From Candidatus Poribacteria bacterium (GTDB lineage Bacteria; Poribacteria; WGA-4E; WGA-3G), in NCBI GenBank assembly GCA_965205015.1, contig OZ242029.1, positions 1,600,001 through 1,664,000 on the forward strand: DNA of 64,000 bases, written 5' to 3'. The first letter of the stretch is position 1. Each line of letters begins with the position of its first letter. Of this stretch, positions 1 through 7,416 are shown in pieces. Position numbers and translations under genes: made by a program. The notes below the pieces were generated by a model, which saw only the letters and a list, made by a program, of their open reading frames with translations, was not told where the DNA came from and made no database searches.

Positions 1-1
1 A

Positions 2-154
2 AGCACAACTGCTGGAAGAACCTACACCGTCTCCCTCGGTGAAACGCTTGATACCGACATCACTGTTGTTGAAATCCAGCCGAAACAAGTGACACTGGAA
101 AAAGCAGATGTGCGGCGAACCCTTCACCTCAACACCACGCCCTGGCTGAAATGA
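2..154 (+). CDS. Partial CDS (3' end), small beta-rich domain resembling GspC/PilP-type HR domain
   Basis: Open frame from the window edge: STTAGRTYTVSLGETLDTDITVVEIQPKQVTLEKADVRRTLHLNTTPWLK*. The 'G+.+...+.+.EI.P..V.L' pattern is typical of these domains. The stop is followed by an SD-like 'aaagga' before the sigma factor. Confidence 0.45.
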   Translation, partial: STTAGRTYTVSLGETLDTDITVVEIQPKQVTLEKADVRRTLHLNTTPWLK

Positions 155-170
155 AAGGAACACCTAAACT

Positions 171-746
171 TTGTTGATGCTCGACGAAAAACATCTCATC
201 ACGCGCACGCAATCCGGCGACCCTGAAGCCTTTACCCCGCTCGTCGGCAGGTATCAAGACCGCCTATATGGTCACATCAACGGACGCGTCCCAGACCCTG
301 AACTCGCCAAGGACTTGACACAAGAGACGTGGCTTCGTGCATTTCGCGCCATCAGCAGTTTCCGGGGTGACTCCGCTTTCTATTCCTGGTTGTATCGGAT
401 TGCTGAAAATGTCTGCACCGACCATTTCCGTAGGCAAAAGTATGACACCGAACCACTGCATCTTATTGACGAAAACCGCATCACCAAGACCGACCCGTGT
501 CCAAGTCGTGGCGTTGAGCGTGCAGAACTCCGACAGCTCCTTCGGGCAGCCTTGGTGGCACTCACCCCCATCCGCCGACGCGTCTTTCTGCTCTACTATC
601 ACCACGAACTGTCCATCAAAGCGATCGCCGCAGAAATCGGACGCTCCGAAGGCACCATCAAGAGCCATCTCCGCAACGCCCGTTTGCAGCTCCAAGAGTC
701 CCTCACGCCCTATCTGAGAAATCAACATGTGCCTTGGCTCGCATGA
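171..746 (+). CDS. ECF-type RNA polymerase sigma-70 factor
   Basis: Region 2 motif 'AKDLTQETWLRAFRAISSFRGDSAFYSWLYRIAEN' and region 4 motif 'LSIKAIAAEIGRSEGTIKSHLRNAR'. Confidence 0.93.
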   Translation: MLMLDEKHLITRTQSGDPEAFTPLVGRYQDRLYGHINGRVPDPELAKDLTQETWLRAFRAISSFRGDSAFYSWLYRIAENVCTDHFRRQKYDTEPLHLIDENRITKTDPCPSRGVERAELRQLLRAALVALTPIRRRVFLLYYHHELSIKAIAAEIGRSEGTIKSHLRNARLQLQESLTPYLRNQHVPWLA

Positions 747-754
747 ATGTCTGG

Positions 755-911
755 GTTTTACGTGTTTCAGGAATATTCGGTTTTCGGTGAGCGTTTGATT
801 ACTGTGAACCGACAACTTCTAACACATCCAAAAGAACAGATGTCTGGGACGGTTTACCGACGCTGATTCGGACGTGGTCTTGTAGGCGGGGGTGCTAAAA
901 TATCGGATAAG
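755..911 (-). repeat. Diverged direct-repeat copy of the hisC 3' end plus ~45 bp of downstream sequence (partner ~1813-1970); att-like
   Basis: The 799-911 minus strand encodes ...RISVGKPSQTSVLLDVLEVVGSQ*, versus hisC ...RISVGTPSQTSVLLDALEVVGSQ*. Many differences are synonymous, with one 1-nt deletion. Confidence 0.9.
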
Positions 912-924
912 GAAATCTATGTTA

Positions 925-1239
925 ACGCTCTCCCGTCAAATCCCCATACTTTCGCTTGCGGGATGTAGGCGGCGCAAGACTTTGTTGAAAAAAATAAATT
1001 CGATATTTACCGAAAAATGTAGTATACTTAGAGTATCTCGTAGGAAACCAGCATTATCAGCGTTCCCGCTTCGTAACGTGCTGGTTTCCTTCCACTGATA
1101 AGGGGATAAAAAACGAGATACGAGATATACCATGAGAAAAGCCTACAAATACAAACTTCAAAATCAATCTAACACAATCAAACTCGGCAATATGCTTGAC
1201 GATATGTGGGGTATCCACGTTCATATCATGCTTTTATAG
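925..1239 (+). mobile_element. tnpB: Remnant of a tnpB IS200/IS605 element: degenerate left end, promoter, structured leader and truncated tnpB (1132-1239)
   Basis: ORF MRKAYKYKLQNQSNTIKLGNMLDDMWGIHVHIMLL* resembles the N-terminus of the TnpB at 42540-43652 (KYEFYHQSNLIQMGNLLDDLHGVHVHLLLL). The upstream leader is near-identical to 35378-35471. Confidence 0.8.
1034..1131 (+). ncRNA. Conserved structured 5' leader of tnpB (copy A)
   Basis: Pairings TATCTCG/CGAGATA, GGAAACCAGCA/TGCTGGTTTCC and TTATCAG/CTGATAA. Homologous to three other copies in the window. Confidence 0.7.
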
Positions 1240-1248
1240 GAATACTGA

Positions 1249-1737
1249 ATGCGATATATAATTCTTCTACTCATAGTACTGTGCCTATCCAGTTGTGGTG
1301 AAGATAATGAAACAGTGATAACACCCATAGATCCTACAGAGGTTGCAACTACCGCTGCAAGACATTCAGATGATTTTAAAGAGCGAAGTAAAGCAGCTAC
1401 AGAGGAACTGAGAAAATACATGGAACTCAAAGATAAGTTTCCTGGTGCTGCGCGTGAAGCCCTCGTCAGACATGCAAAGATCGCTTTTAACGACCATGAA
1501 TTAGTTGAAGAATGGGCTGATATAATGATGAAAAGTGATATAGCTGGTGAAATATCTCTCGATGATATGATTCGTTTTACTGAAATCAGACTGCAAATAG
1601 AAAAGGATAAAAAACCAAGGGACCTACAACGCATCAAAGAAATAGAGGAAAATTTGATGGGTTGGAAACAGAAAATTGCACATGGGAAAGACGCAGTCCA
1701 TATAAAATTCAAAATTCAAATCAAGGCGGAGGAGTAG
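1249..1737 (+). CDS. Hypothetical lipoprotein
   Basis: Signal peptide with lipobox 'MRYIILLLIVLCLSSC'. AT-rich compared with neighbouring genes. Confidence 0.75.
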   Translation: MRYIILLLIVLCLSSCGEDNETVITPIDPTEVATTAARHSDDFKERSKAATEELRKYMELKDKFPGAAREALVRHAKIAFNDHELVEEWADIMMKSDIAGEISLDDMIRFTEIRLQIEKDKKPRDLQRIKEIEENLMGWKQKIAHGKDAVHIKFKIQIKAEE

Positions 1738-1856
1738 TGAACCGAATGCATGACAAAACGCGAAATACATTTGCATCTTACGGATTGGAATACTCAAAAG
1801 ATCGAGGGCTGAGTTTTGCGTGTTTCAGGGATATTCGGTTTTCGATGAGCGTTTGA

Positions 1857-2984
1857 TTACTGTGAACCGACAACTTCTAACGCATCCAAGAGAACGGATG
1901 TCTGGGACGGTGTGCCCACGCTGATCCGGACGTGGTCTTGTAGGCGGGGTGTACTAAAATATCGGATAAGAATACCTCGCGCAGCCAACGCCGCTTTCAA
2001 TCCCGCCGCATCTCTTCCAATAACCCTTGACAGAATGAAATTCGCCTCACTCGGATAAGGCTCTAAGAAATCAAAATTTCGCAATGCGGCATAGAGTCGT
2101 TCACGCTCCTCTACAATTTTCCTTATATTTTCCTGTAACTGCGGGACATCTGCCAGCGAAGCCACTGCCGCGGCTGACCCAGCGACATTTACGTTATATG
2201 GCTGCTTGATTTTTAACAGGTGCGAAATTATCCATTCAGGAAAAACGCCGTAGCCTACCCGCAATCCTGCGAGTCCTGCCCACTTACTAAACGTCCGAAG
2301 CACAATTAGGTTTTCATTTTGTAGAACCCAGTCTACGCGGCTACCCCCGGCGAATTCGATATAGGCTTCATCTAATACAACAATGAGTGGCAACTCCAGG
2401 AGTCGCTGAAGACACGCATCACTGAGAACACTACCGTCAGGATTGTTTGGACTCGTAATGAAAAGGATTTTAGTGTTTTTGGCGGACGAGGGAACCTCGC
2501 CCCTACGGTTAGCAATTTCAACTGTCGTTTCAAGGTCTAAGGAAAAGTCTGCGTTTCGTTCGACATCAATAATTTTGCCCCCGTTCAGTTCTGTGTCGAA
2601 ACGGTACATTCCGAACGTTGGAGGACAGTTGATGACCGCGTCTCCAGGGCTGATGAACAATCGAACGATAAGATCAATCAGTTCATCTGCCCCCTGTCCG
2701 GCGATGATATGTGTCGCATCAATGCCTGTGTACTGGCTCAGTGCTTGACGGAGGGCGGTGCTGTTCGGGTCTGGATAGATGTGATAGTCCTTTTCATCGG
2801 CAAGGGCGCGATAGACAGAAGGAGAGGGACCGTAGGGGTTCTCGTTCGCATCCAGTTTTATGATATCTTCAGCAGCGATGCCGAGGCGTTTGCTCAGCAC
2901 ATCGAACGGAACTATCGGCGTATAGGGTGCCATATCAGCGATGTTTGGACGAACGAGGTTCTGATAGCGTGTTTTGGGTGGCAT
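1857..2984 (-). CDS. hisC: Histidinol-phosphate aminotransferase
   Basis: Motifs KLDANENPYG, YPDP, GQGADELI, SPNNPDG, DEAYIEF and RTFSKWAGLAGLRVGY (PLP lysine). Start moved to the ATG at 2984 because the longer ORF runs through an intergenic repeat. Confidence 0.93.
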   Translation of the reverse strand: MPPKTRYQNLVRPNIADMAPYTPIVPFDVLSKRLGIAAEDIIKLDANENPYGPSPSVYRALADEKDYHIYPDPNSTALRQALSQYTGIDATHIIAGQGADELIDLIVRLFISPGDAVINCPPTFGMYRFDTELNGGKIIDVERNADFSLDLETTVEIANRRGEVPSSAKNTKILFITSPNNPDGSVLSDACLQRLLELPLIVVLDEAYIEFAGGSRVDWVLQNENLIVLRTFSKWAGLAGLRVGYGVFPEWIISHLLKIKQPYNVNVAGSAAAVASLADVPQLQENIRKIVEERERLYAALRNFDFLEPYPSEANFILSRVIGRDAAGLKAALAARGILIRYFSTPRLQDHVRISVGTPSQTSVLLDALEVVGSQ

Positions 2985-3012
2985 TTTTTTATGGCTGTTA
3001 GCAGTCAACAGG

Positions 3013-3075
3013 GCATGGAAGAATGGAAGGGTGGAAAGATGGGACCAACCTTCCATTCTTCCAACCTTCCATCCG
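3013..3075. repeat. GGAAG/CTTCC palindromic intergenic repeat (other copies at ~16385-16455 and, in frame, at ~8505-8592)
   Basis: 'ggaagaatggaagggtggaaagatgggaccaaccttccattcttccaaccttcc' is an imperfect inverted repeat of GGAAG units. Confidence 0.75.
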
Positions 3076-3096
3076 AATACTGAAAACTGTTCACGG

Positions 3097-4206
3097 TTAT
3101 TGGGTTGGCGTTGGTGAGGTTCGGACCTCAACTGCTTTCGGTGTCAACGCACCGATAGGTGCCTCGCCGTTTAGGACCCGCACAAAATCGTCCACAGTCA
3201 TGTCCGCCACGCGTAAATTGGAATCTTCCGTTCTACCTGCGATATGCGGTGTGTGAACAACGTTGTCCCGATTGCGCAGTTCATCGTCAACGGGAACCGG
3301 TTCGATATCGTAAACGTCGAAGGCACCAGCGAGTTCGTCTTTCACGATGCGTTCTCGTAATGCATCCATATCAACGGCAAAGGCGCGTGTAATCACGACG
3401 ACCAAACTCCCCTTCCGCAGATGGTATATCCGTTCTCGATTCAGCAGATGTTTGGCTGAGGGGGTCGGTGGAACCGCCACGAAAACGATATCCGAACTGT
3501 CGGCGAGCGTGTCCATATCGGTGCGTTGCACGTCCCATTCTTGGAGGAGTTCGTCCGGTACATACGGATCGAAGCCCTTCACCGTCGCACCGAAGACCCT
3601 GCACCATTTTGCGATTTTTCCGCCAATTTGCCCGAGTCCGATAACGCCTATGTTTTTTGTGCCAAGATCGCCGTTGACGAAATCAGGGTCATCACAGAAC
3701 TGATGTGCAGCAGGGAGTTTATCCAGGGAGGCACCACTTTCACGTGCGTTTAGCGAACCCCACATCGGGTTCTCCCAATCCCACAGTTTTTCACCTTGTG
3801 CCATCCGCAGGTGCCACTGTGCTGTCCGACGCAGCGAAGACAACGCGAGACCGAAAGCGCATTCCGCTACGGATTGCGACCACGCTCGTGTCGATTCGAT
3901 CACAGGGATGCCCCGTGCTTGAAGTGCCTGATATGGGATACCGTGCCCAGAATTGTCAGTCATCGCTCCGAAGACTTTCAGTTTCGGGGCTGCCGCGATA
4001 CAGGCTTCGGTCAGGTTCCCGCCGAAGTGGGATATTCCGATGGTTTCGCTTAAGTCGACCTGTTCGTGAATGGGGTCGCGGTTGTCTGTGTTGAGGACGA
4101 GTGTTACGCCTAATTCTTCTAATCGACTCACCATCTGTTCGTGTACGTAGGGCCAAGAAATTTCTAAATTGGGGTAACGTGTAAATACAAATTCAGGACT
4201 TGCCAT
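3097..4206 (-). CDS. D-isomer-specific 2-hydroxyacid dehydrogenase, NAD-binding
   Basis: Motifs GVIGLGQIG (Rossmann), 'VITRA', 'AFDVYDIEP' and 'TPHIAG'. Confidence 0.9.
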   Translation of the reverse strand: MASPEFVFTRYPNLEISWPYVHEQMVSRLEELGVTLVLNTDNRDPIHEQVDLSETIGISHFGGNLTEACIAAAPKLKVFGAMTDNSGHGIPYQALQARGIPVIESTRAWSQSVAECAFGLALSSLRRTAQWHLRMAQGEKLWDWENPMWGSLNARESGASLDKLPAAHQFCDDPDFVNGDLGTKNIGVIGLGQIGGKIAKWCRVFGATVKGFDPYVPDELLQEWDVQRTDMDTLADSSDIVFVAVPPTPSAKHLLNRERIYHLRKGSLVVVITRAFAVDMDALRERIVKDELAGAFDVYDIEPVPVDDELRNRDNVVHTPHIAGRTEDSNLRVADMTVDDFVRVLNGEAPIGALTPKAVEVRTSPTPTQ

Positions 4207-4209
4207 AGT

Positions 4210-4462
4210 AGTTGTCAGTTGTCAGTTGTCGGTTGTCGGTTACGTCTCCTGGGACGCGAGCATCTTCCGATAAACTTCCAACCCTTTCTTCCTTTCTCAG
4301 TTAGAACTTACGCAATTTCTATAGAAGACCTACAGCCCACACGCCGCTGGCGAGGTTTCAAACCTCGCCAGCAAAGGATGCTGCGTAAGTCCTGCTCAGT
4401 ATTAGGTTATCGTTGTCAGGAACCTCTTTAACCGATAACTGATAACTGATAACCGATAACCA
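4210..4462. repeat. Composite intergenic repeat: heptamer arrays (GTTGTCA/ACTGATA) and REP-like palindrome GGCGAGGTTTCAAACCTCGCC
   Basis: Tandem heptamers at 4211-4240 and 4430-4462, palindrome at ~4349-4370. Related palindromes at ~33525 and ~42362; related heptamer blocks at 7200-7343, 14290-14355, 23527-23600 and 33695-33718. Confidence 0.8.
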
Positions 4463-7183
4463 TTAAAGATGAATGCGCAGATGCGGTCCAGTCGGGTATC
4501 TACCCATATGTGCACCGTAGAGTGCAAACCCCCCTTTCGCCACTGCATCTGCTTTCACTTCATATCGGACTGTTAATGTGTCTGCCTCGTTCTGAAAAAC
4601 AATGGACGGGTCTACTTTGACCTTGTAAAGGTAACCGTAGGTGCCGGGTTGCCCGTGGATATAAGAGAGCACACCGCGCGCATCCGCCGGACAGTCGGGT
4701 ATGTGGATCGTCTCGATTTCAACACCGTTGACGGAGATTGTCACATCAGATGGGTGTTTTTCAGGTTCCGTTTGACGCGCACCGCCGTTTGCGCTGGATG
4801 CTTCAAAGATGAGTTCCATCTCTGCGGAATTTGTTGGATCGATCCCTTCCGGAAATGGAATCTCATATTCAACGTAACCACTTTCCTCTGCGGAAAACAA
4901 TTGTGCTTCACTTATAGGGTCATCCCAAGACGATTTGGACGCGCTTCCAGGGGCGTGGTTGATACTAATTTGGGAATCGTTTGATTCAACTGTTGGGTTC
5001 GCTGCAACGAAATGCTCAAAGTTGATGAAATTACGGGCGACAACAGAGCCGGTGCCATCTGTTACCCAGACGTGGAGTGTACCGACCGCCGGGTGGACAT
5101 CAGGCATCGTAAGTTCAAGTTGATGCACATTTTGCACGTGGTACTGCGGGAATGGAATATCAACGCTTCCTGAAACACATCCTCGTGTGATGTCTCCGGT
5201 TGCTGACATCGTATCCAATTGCCAGTGGAGTGTTGTGTCCGTGATAGTTTTGTGTGAGAAATGGCTGGCGTAGATGTCAGTCTTCACCTTCTCACCCGGT
5301 GTAACTGTTGTCCCAGGTGGATAATCAATAGCGATAAAATCTAAGGTATTAATATCGAGGTAGTCGTATCCGAATGCCTTAATTGACCGGTCGTAGTTCA
5401 TGAAACCGTTGTGTTCCCACTCAATGTCCTGCAATTCGGTATAGATGTAACCGCAGATTTTCGGATGGAGACGGAGTTCGTTGGTAAGGTATTTGAAACA
5501 CCATGAGACATCCTTATCCCCCGCCCCTGCTGAGATACCACCATATTCACTATTAATCAGTGGAGCATCGCTCTGGACATTACCCCCCGCGTAATTAAAT
5601 GCTGAGCCGGGATATGTTTCTTCCACAACGTTGCCGATATGTTCCTTCGCTTGTTCGTAATCGTTGATGTAGAAGTGCCACGAATTGATGTCTGTTTCTA
5701 CGTGGTCGTACAAGCAGGGTGAGTTGTCCTCAATGAGGCGGGTGGTATCAAGAGATTTGGCGAGGTGGTACATCTCGCGCACCCATTCTTGCCGTTCGTG
5801 CATCTCTTTATACTCCCTGCCACCGAGTCCCCAAGTTTCGTTAAAATTACACCATGAGATGATCGAAGGATGATTGTAGTCGCGCGCAATATTTCCGCGA
5901 AGCGTTTCCTCAAATCGTGCCTTCGCTTTCTCCGTATAGTCGCCAAAATTCGGGATGTCGCACATAAAGAGCAAACCCAATTTATCAGCCCAATAGTAGA
6001 GGCGCGGTTCATCTACCTTGATGTGGAGTCGGAGGAAGTTGAATCCGAATTCTTTCGCGCGTTCTATGTCTCTGCGAATGGCTTCATCTGTCAGGAACGT
6101 GTACACACCTTCTGGGTTAAATGACTGATTGAGCGCACCGAGCAGATAGATAGGGCGGTTGTTGAGGTAGATATACTGATAATCGCCACCCGGGGCTTTC
6201 GCAATGGAAACCTTTCGCATTCCGAAGTAGGTGTAAATCCTATCAATGACAGTGTTTTCCGTCAGCAATTCAAGCGTCACGTCGTAGAGGTTTGGCGTGT
6301 CTATATCCCACAAGCGGAGCTGTTCTGGAGGAATAGTAATGGTAAATTGTGTATCGCTGCCAGAGACTTCAAGTGTCCCTCGCAGCGAGGTTTCCTCGCC
6401 CGCACAATGCCAACGCAAGATTAACCCAGTACTCTCCACGTATCCGTCTATCTTAACGGCGACTGTAGCGGAAGCGTTATCAATGTCGGGTGTTATGTGG
6501 CACTGCGTGATGTGTGTTTCGTTTCTGGGTTCTAAGTAGACAGACTGCCAAATACCGCTGGTGCGTTCATACCAACCTATCTGCTTGCCCGCGAGTTGCT
6601 CGCCATGATTCTGTGCGTCATAAGCCCGAACGACGATAACTGCGGCTTCCCCTGGTGTGAGTGCATCCGTGATGTCAAATTCAAACGGCAGATACCCGTT
6701 TTCGTTCTTGCCGATTATTTGACCGTTCACCCAGAGGGTGGTTTCCCAATCGACGGCACCGAACTTCAAAATAACGCGTTTATCTCCCCAATTCTCAGGG
6801 ATAGAGACCGTTTTGCGATACCAACCGATTGTATGTCTCGGTTCGTCTCGATAATTTCCACCACGTTCTAAACCGCCACAGGTGACGTCTTCGGGGGTGA
6901 TATAGGCGTTTTTGCTCAAATAGGTTGCGTTATCTGCTTGTTCTTCGTCGCCCCATGCGGCAAGGCTTTCCCAAGGATAGGGAACCTGTATTTGCAATGC
7001 ATATATGGAATTAGGGGTTGGCTCCGGATCAAACCATTGATTTTGTTCGCCGGTATCGTCAGGGTCAAAAGCGAATTCCCATGGACCATTCAGACAGATC
7101 CAATCGATGCCTTCTGATGTTCCGCGTTGGAAATCTGGGCGCGGATACTCTGGACGAGGTGTGTCTGTATTGTTGCCTCTCAT
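4463..7183 (-). CDS. Glycoside hydrolase family 2 (beta-galactosidase/glucuronidase-like)
   Basis: Motifs PRPEYPRPDF, LNGPWEF, LKFGAVDW, SGIWQSVYLE, GFNFLRLHIK, NHPSIISWCNFNETWG (acid/base) and SEYGG (nucleophile). Confidence 0.92.
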   Translation of the reverse strand: MRGNNTDTPRPEYPRPDFQRGTSEGIDWICLNGPWEFAFDPDDTGEQNQWFDPEPTPNSIYALQIQVPYPWESLAAWGDEEQADNATYLSKNAYITPEDVTCGGLERGGNYRDEPRHTIGWYRKTVSIPENWGDKRVILKFGAVDWETTLWVNGQIIGKNENGYLPFEFDITDALTPGEAAVIVVRAYDAQNHGEQLAGKQIGWYERTSGIWQSVYLEPRNETHITQCHITPDIDNASATVAVKIDGYVESTGLILRWHCAGEETSLRGTLEVSGSDTQFTITIPPEQLRLWDIDTPNLYDVTLELLTENTVIDRIYTYFGMRKVSIAKAPGGDYQYIYLNNRPIYLLGALNQSFNPEGVYTFLTDEAIRRDIERAKEFGFNFLRLHIKVDEPRLYYWADKLGLLFMCDIPNFGDYTEKAKARFEETLRGNIARDYNHPSIISWCNFNETWGLGGREYKEMHERQEWVREMYHLAKSLDTTRLIEDNSPCLYDHVETDINSWHFYINDYEQAKEHIGNVVEETYPGSAFNYAGGNVQSDAPLINSEYGGISAGAGDKDVSWCFKYLTNELRLHPKICGYIYTELQDIEWEHNGFMNYDRSIKAFGYDYLDINTLDFIAIDYPPGTTVTPGEKVKTDIYASHFSHKTITDTTLHWQLDTMSATGDITRGCVSGSVDIPFPQYHVQNVHQLELTMPDVHPAVGTLHVWVTDGTGSVVARNFINFEHFVAANPTVESNDSQISINHAPGSASKSSWDDPISEAQLFSAEESGYVEYEIPFPEGIDPTNSAEMELIFEASSANGGARQTEPEKHPSDVTISVNGVEIETIHIPDCPADARGVLSYIHGQPGTYGYLYKVKVDPSIVFQNEADTLTVRYEVKADAVAKGGFALYGAHMGRYPTGPHLRIHL

Positions 7184-7199
7184 GCTTTTCCTTTTTAAT

Positions 7200-7343
7200 A
7201 GTTATCGGTTATCAGTTGTCAGTTTTCAGTCACAAGAGGTCTTTGGTAACAATTCACCCAAAACTTGGAATATGCCAAGACTTGCGAAGATTGTTACAAG
7301 ATACCCTCTTAACTGACCACTGAAAACTGACCACTGACGACTA
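7200..7343. repeat. Heptamer-flanked palindromic repeat (GTTATCA/GTTGTCA...AAGAGG...CCTCTTAACTGA...)
   Basis: Left heptamers are complementary to right ACTGACC/ACTGAAA units, with an inner AAGAGG/CCTCTT inverted pair. Same family at 14290-14355 and 23527-23600. Confidence 0.8.
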
Positions 7344-7416
7344 ATATATCATAAATCGCTTTTCTTTTCAATTTTTTTCTCTAAGGATACGAAGGATGAG
7401 GTGTGCCGGGATTTAA

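Noticed and set aside
2985-3131. N-terminal extension of HisC in the ORF track
   Set aside because: It is read-through of a GGAAG/CTTCC intergenic repeat and overlaps the upstream gene.
4210-4462. Short tandem repeats as a possible CRISPR array
   Set aside because: The units are 7-nt tandem repeats with no unique spacers or 25-45-nt direct repeats, and no cas genes are present. No CRISPR array was seen anywhere in the window.
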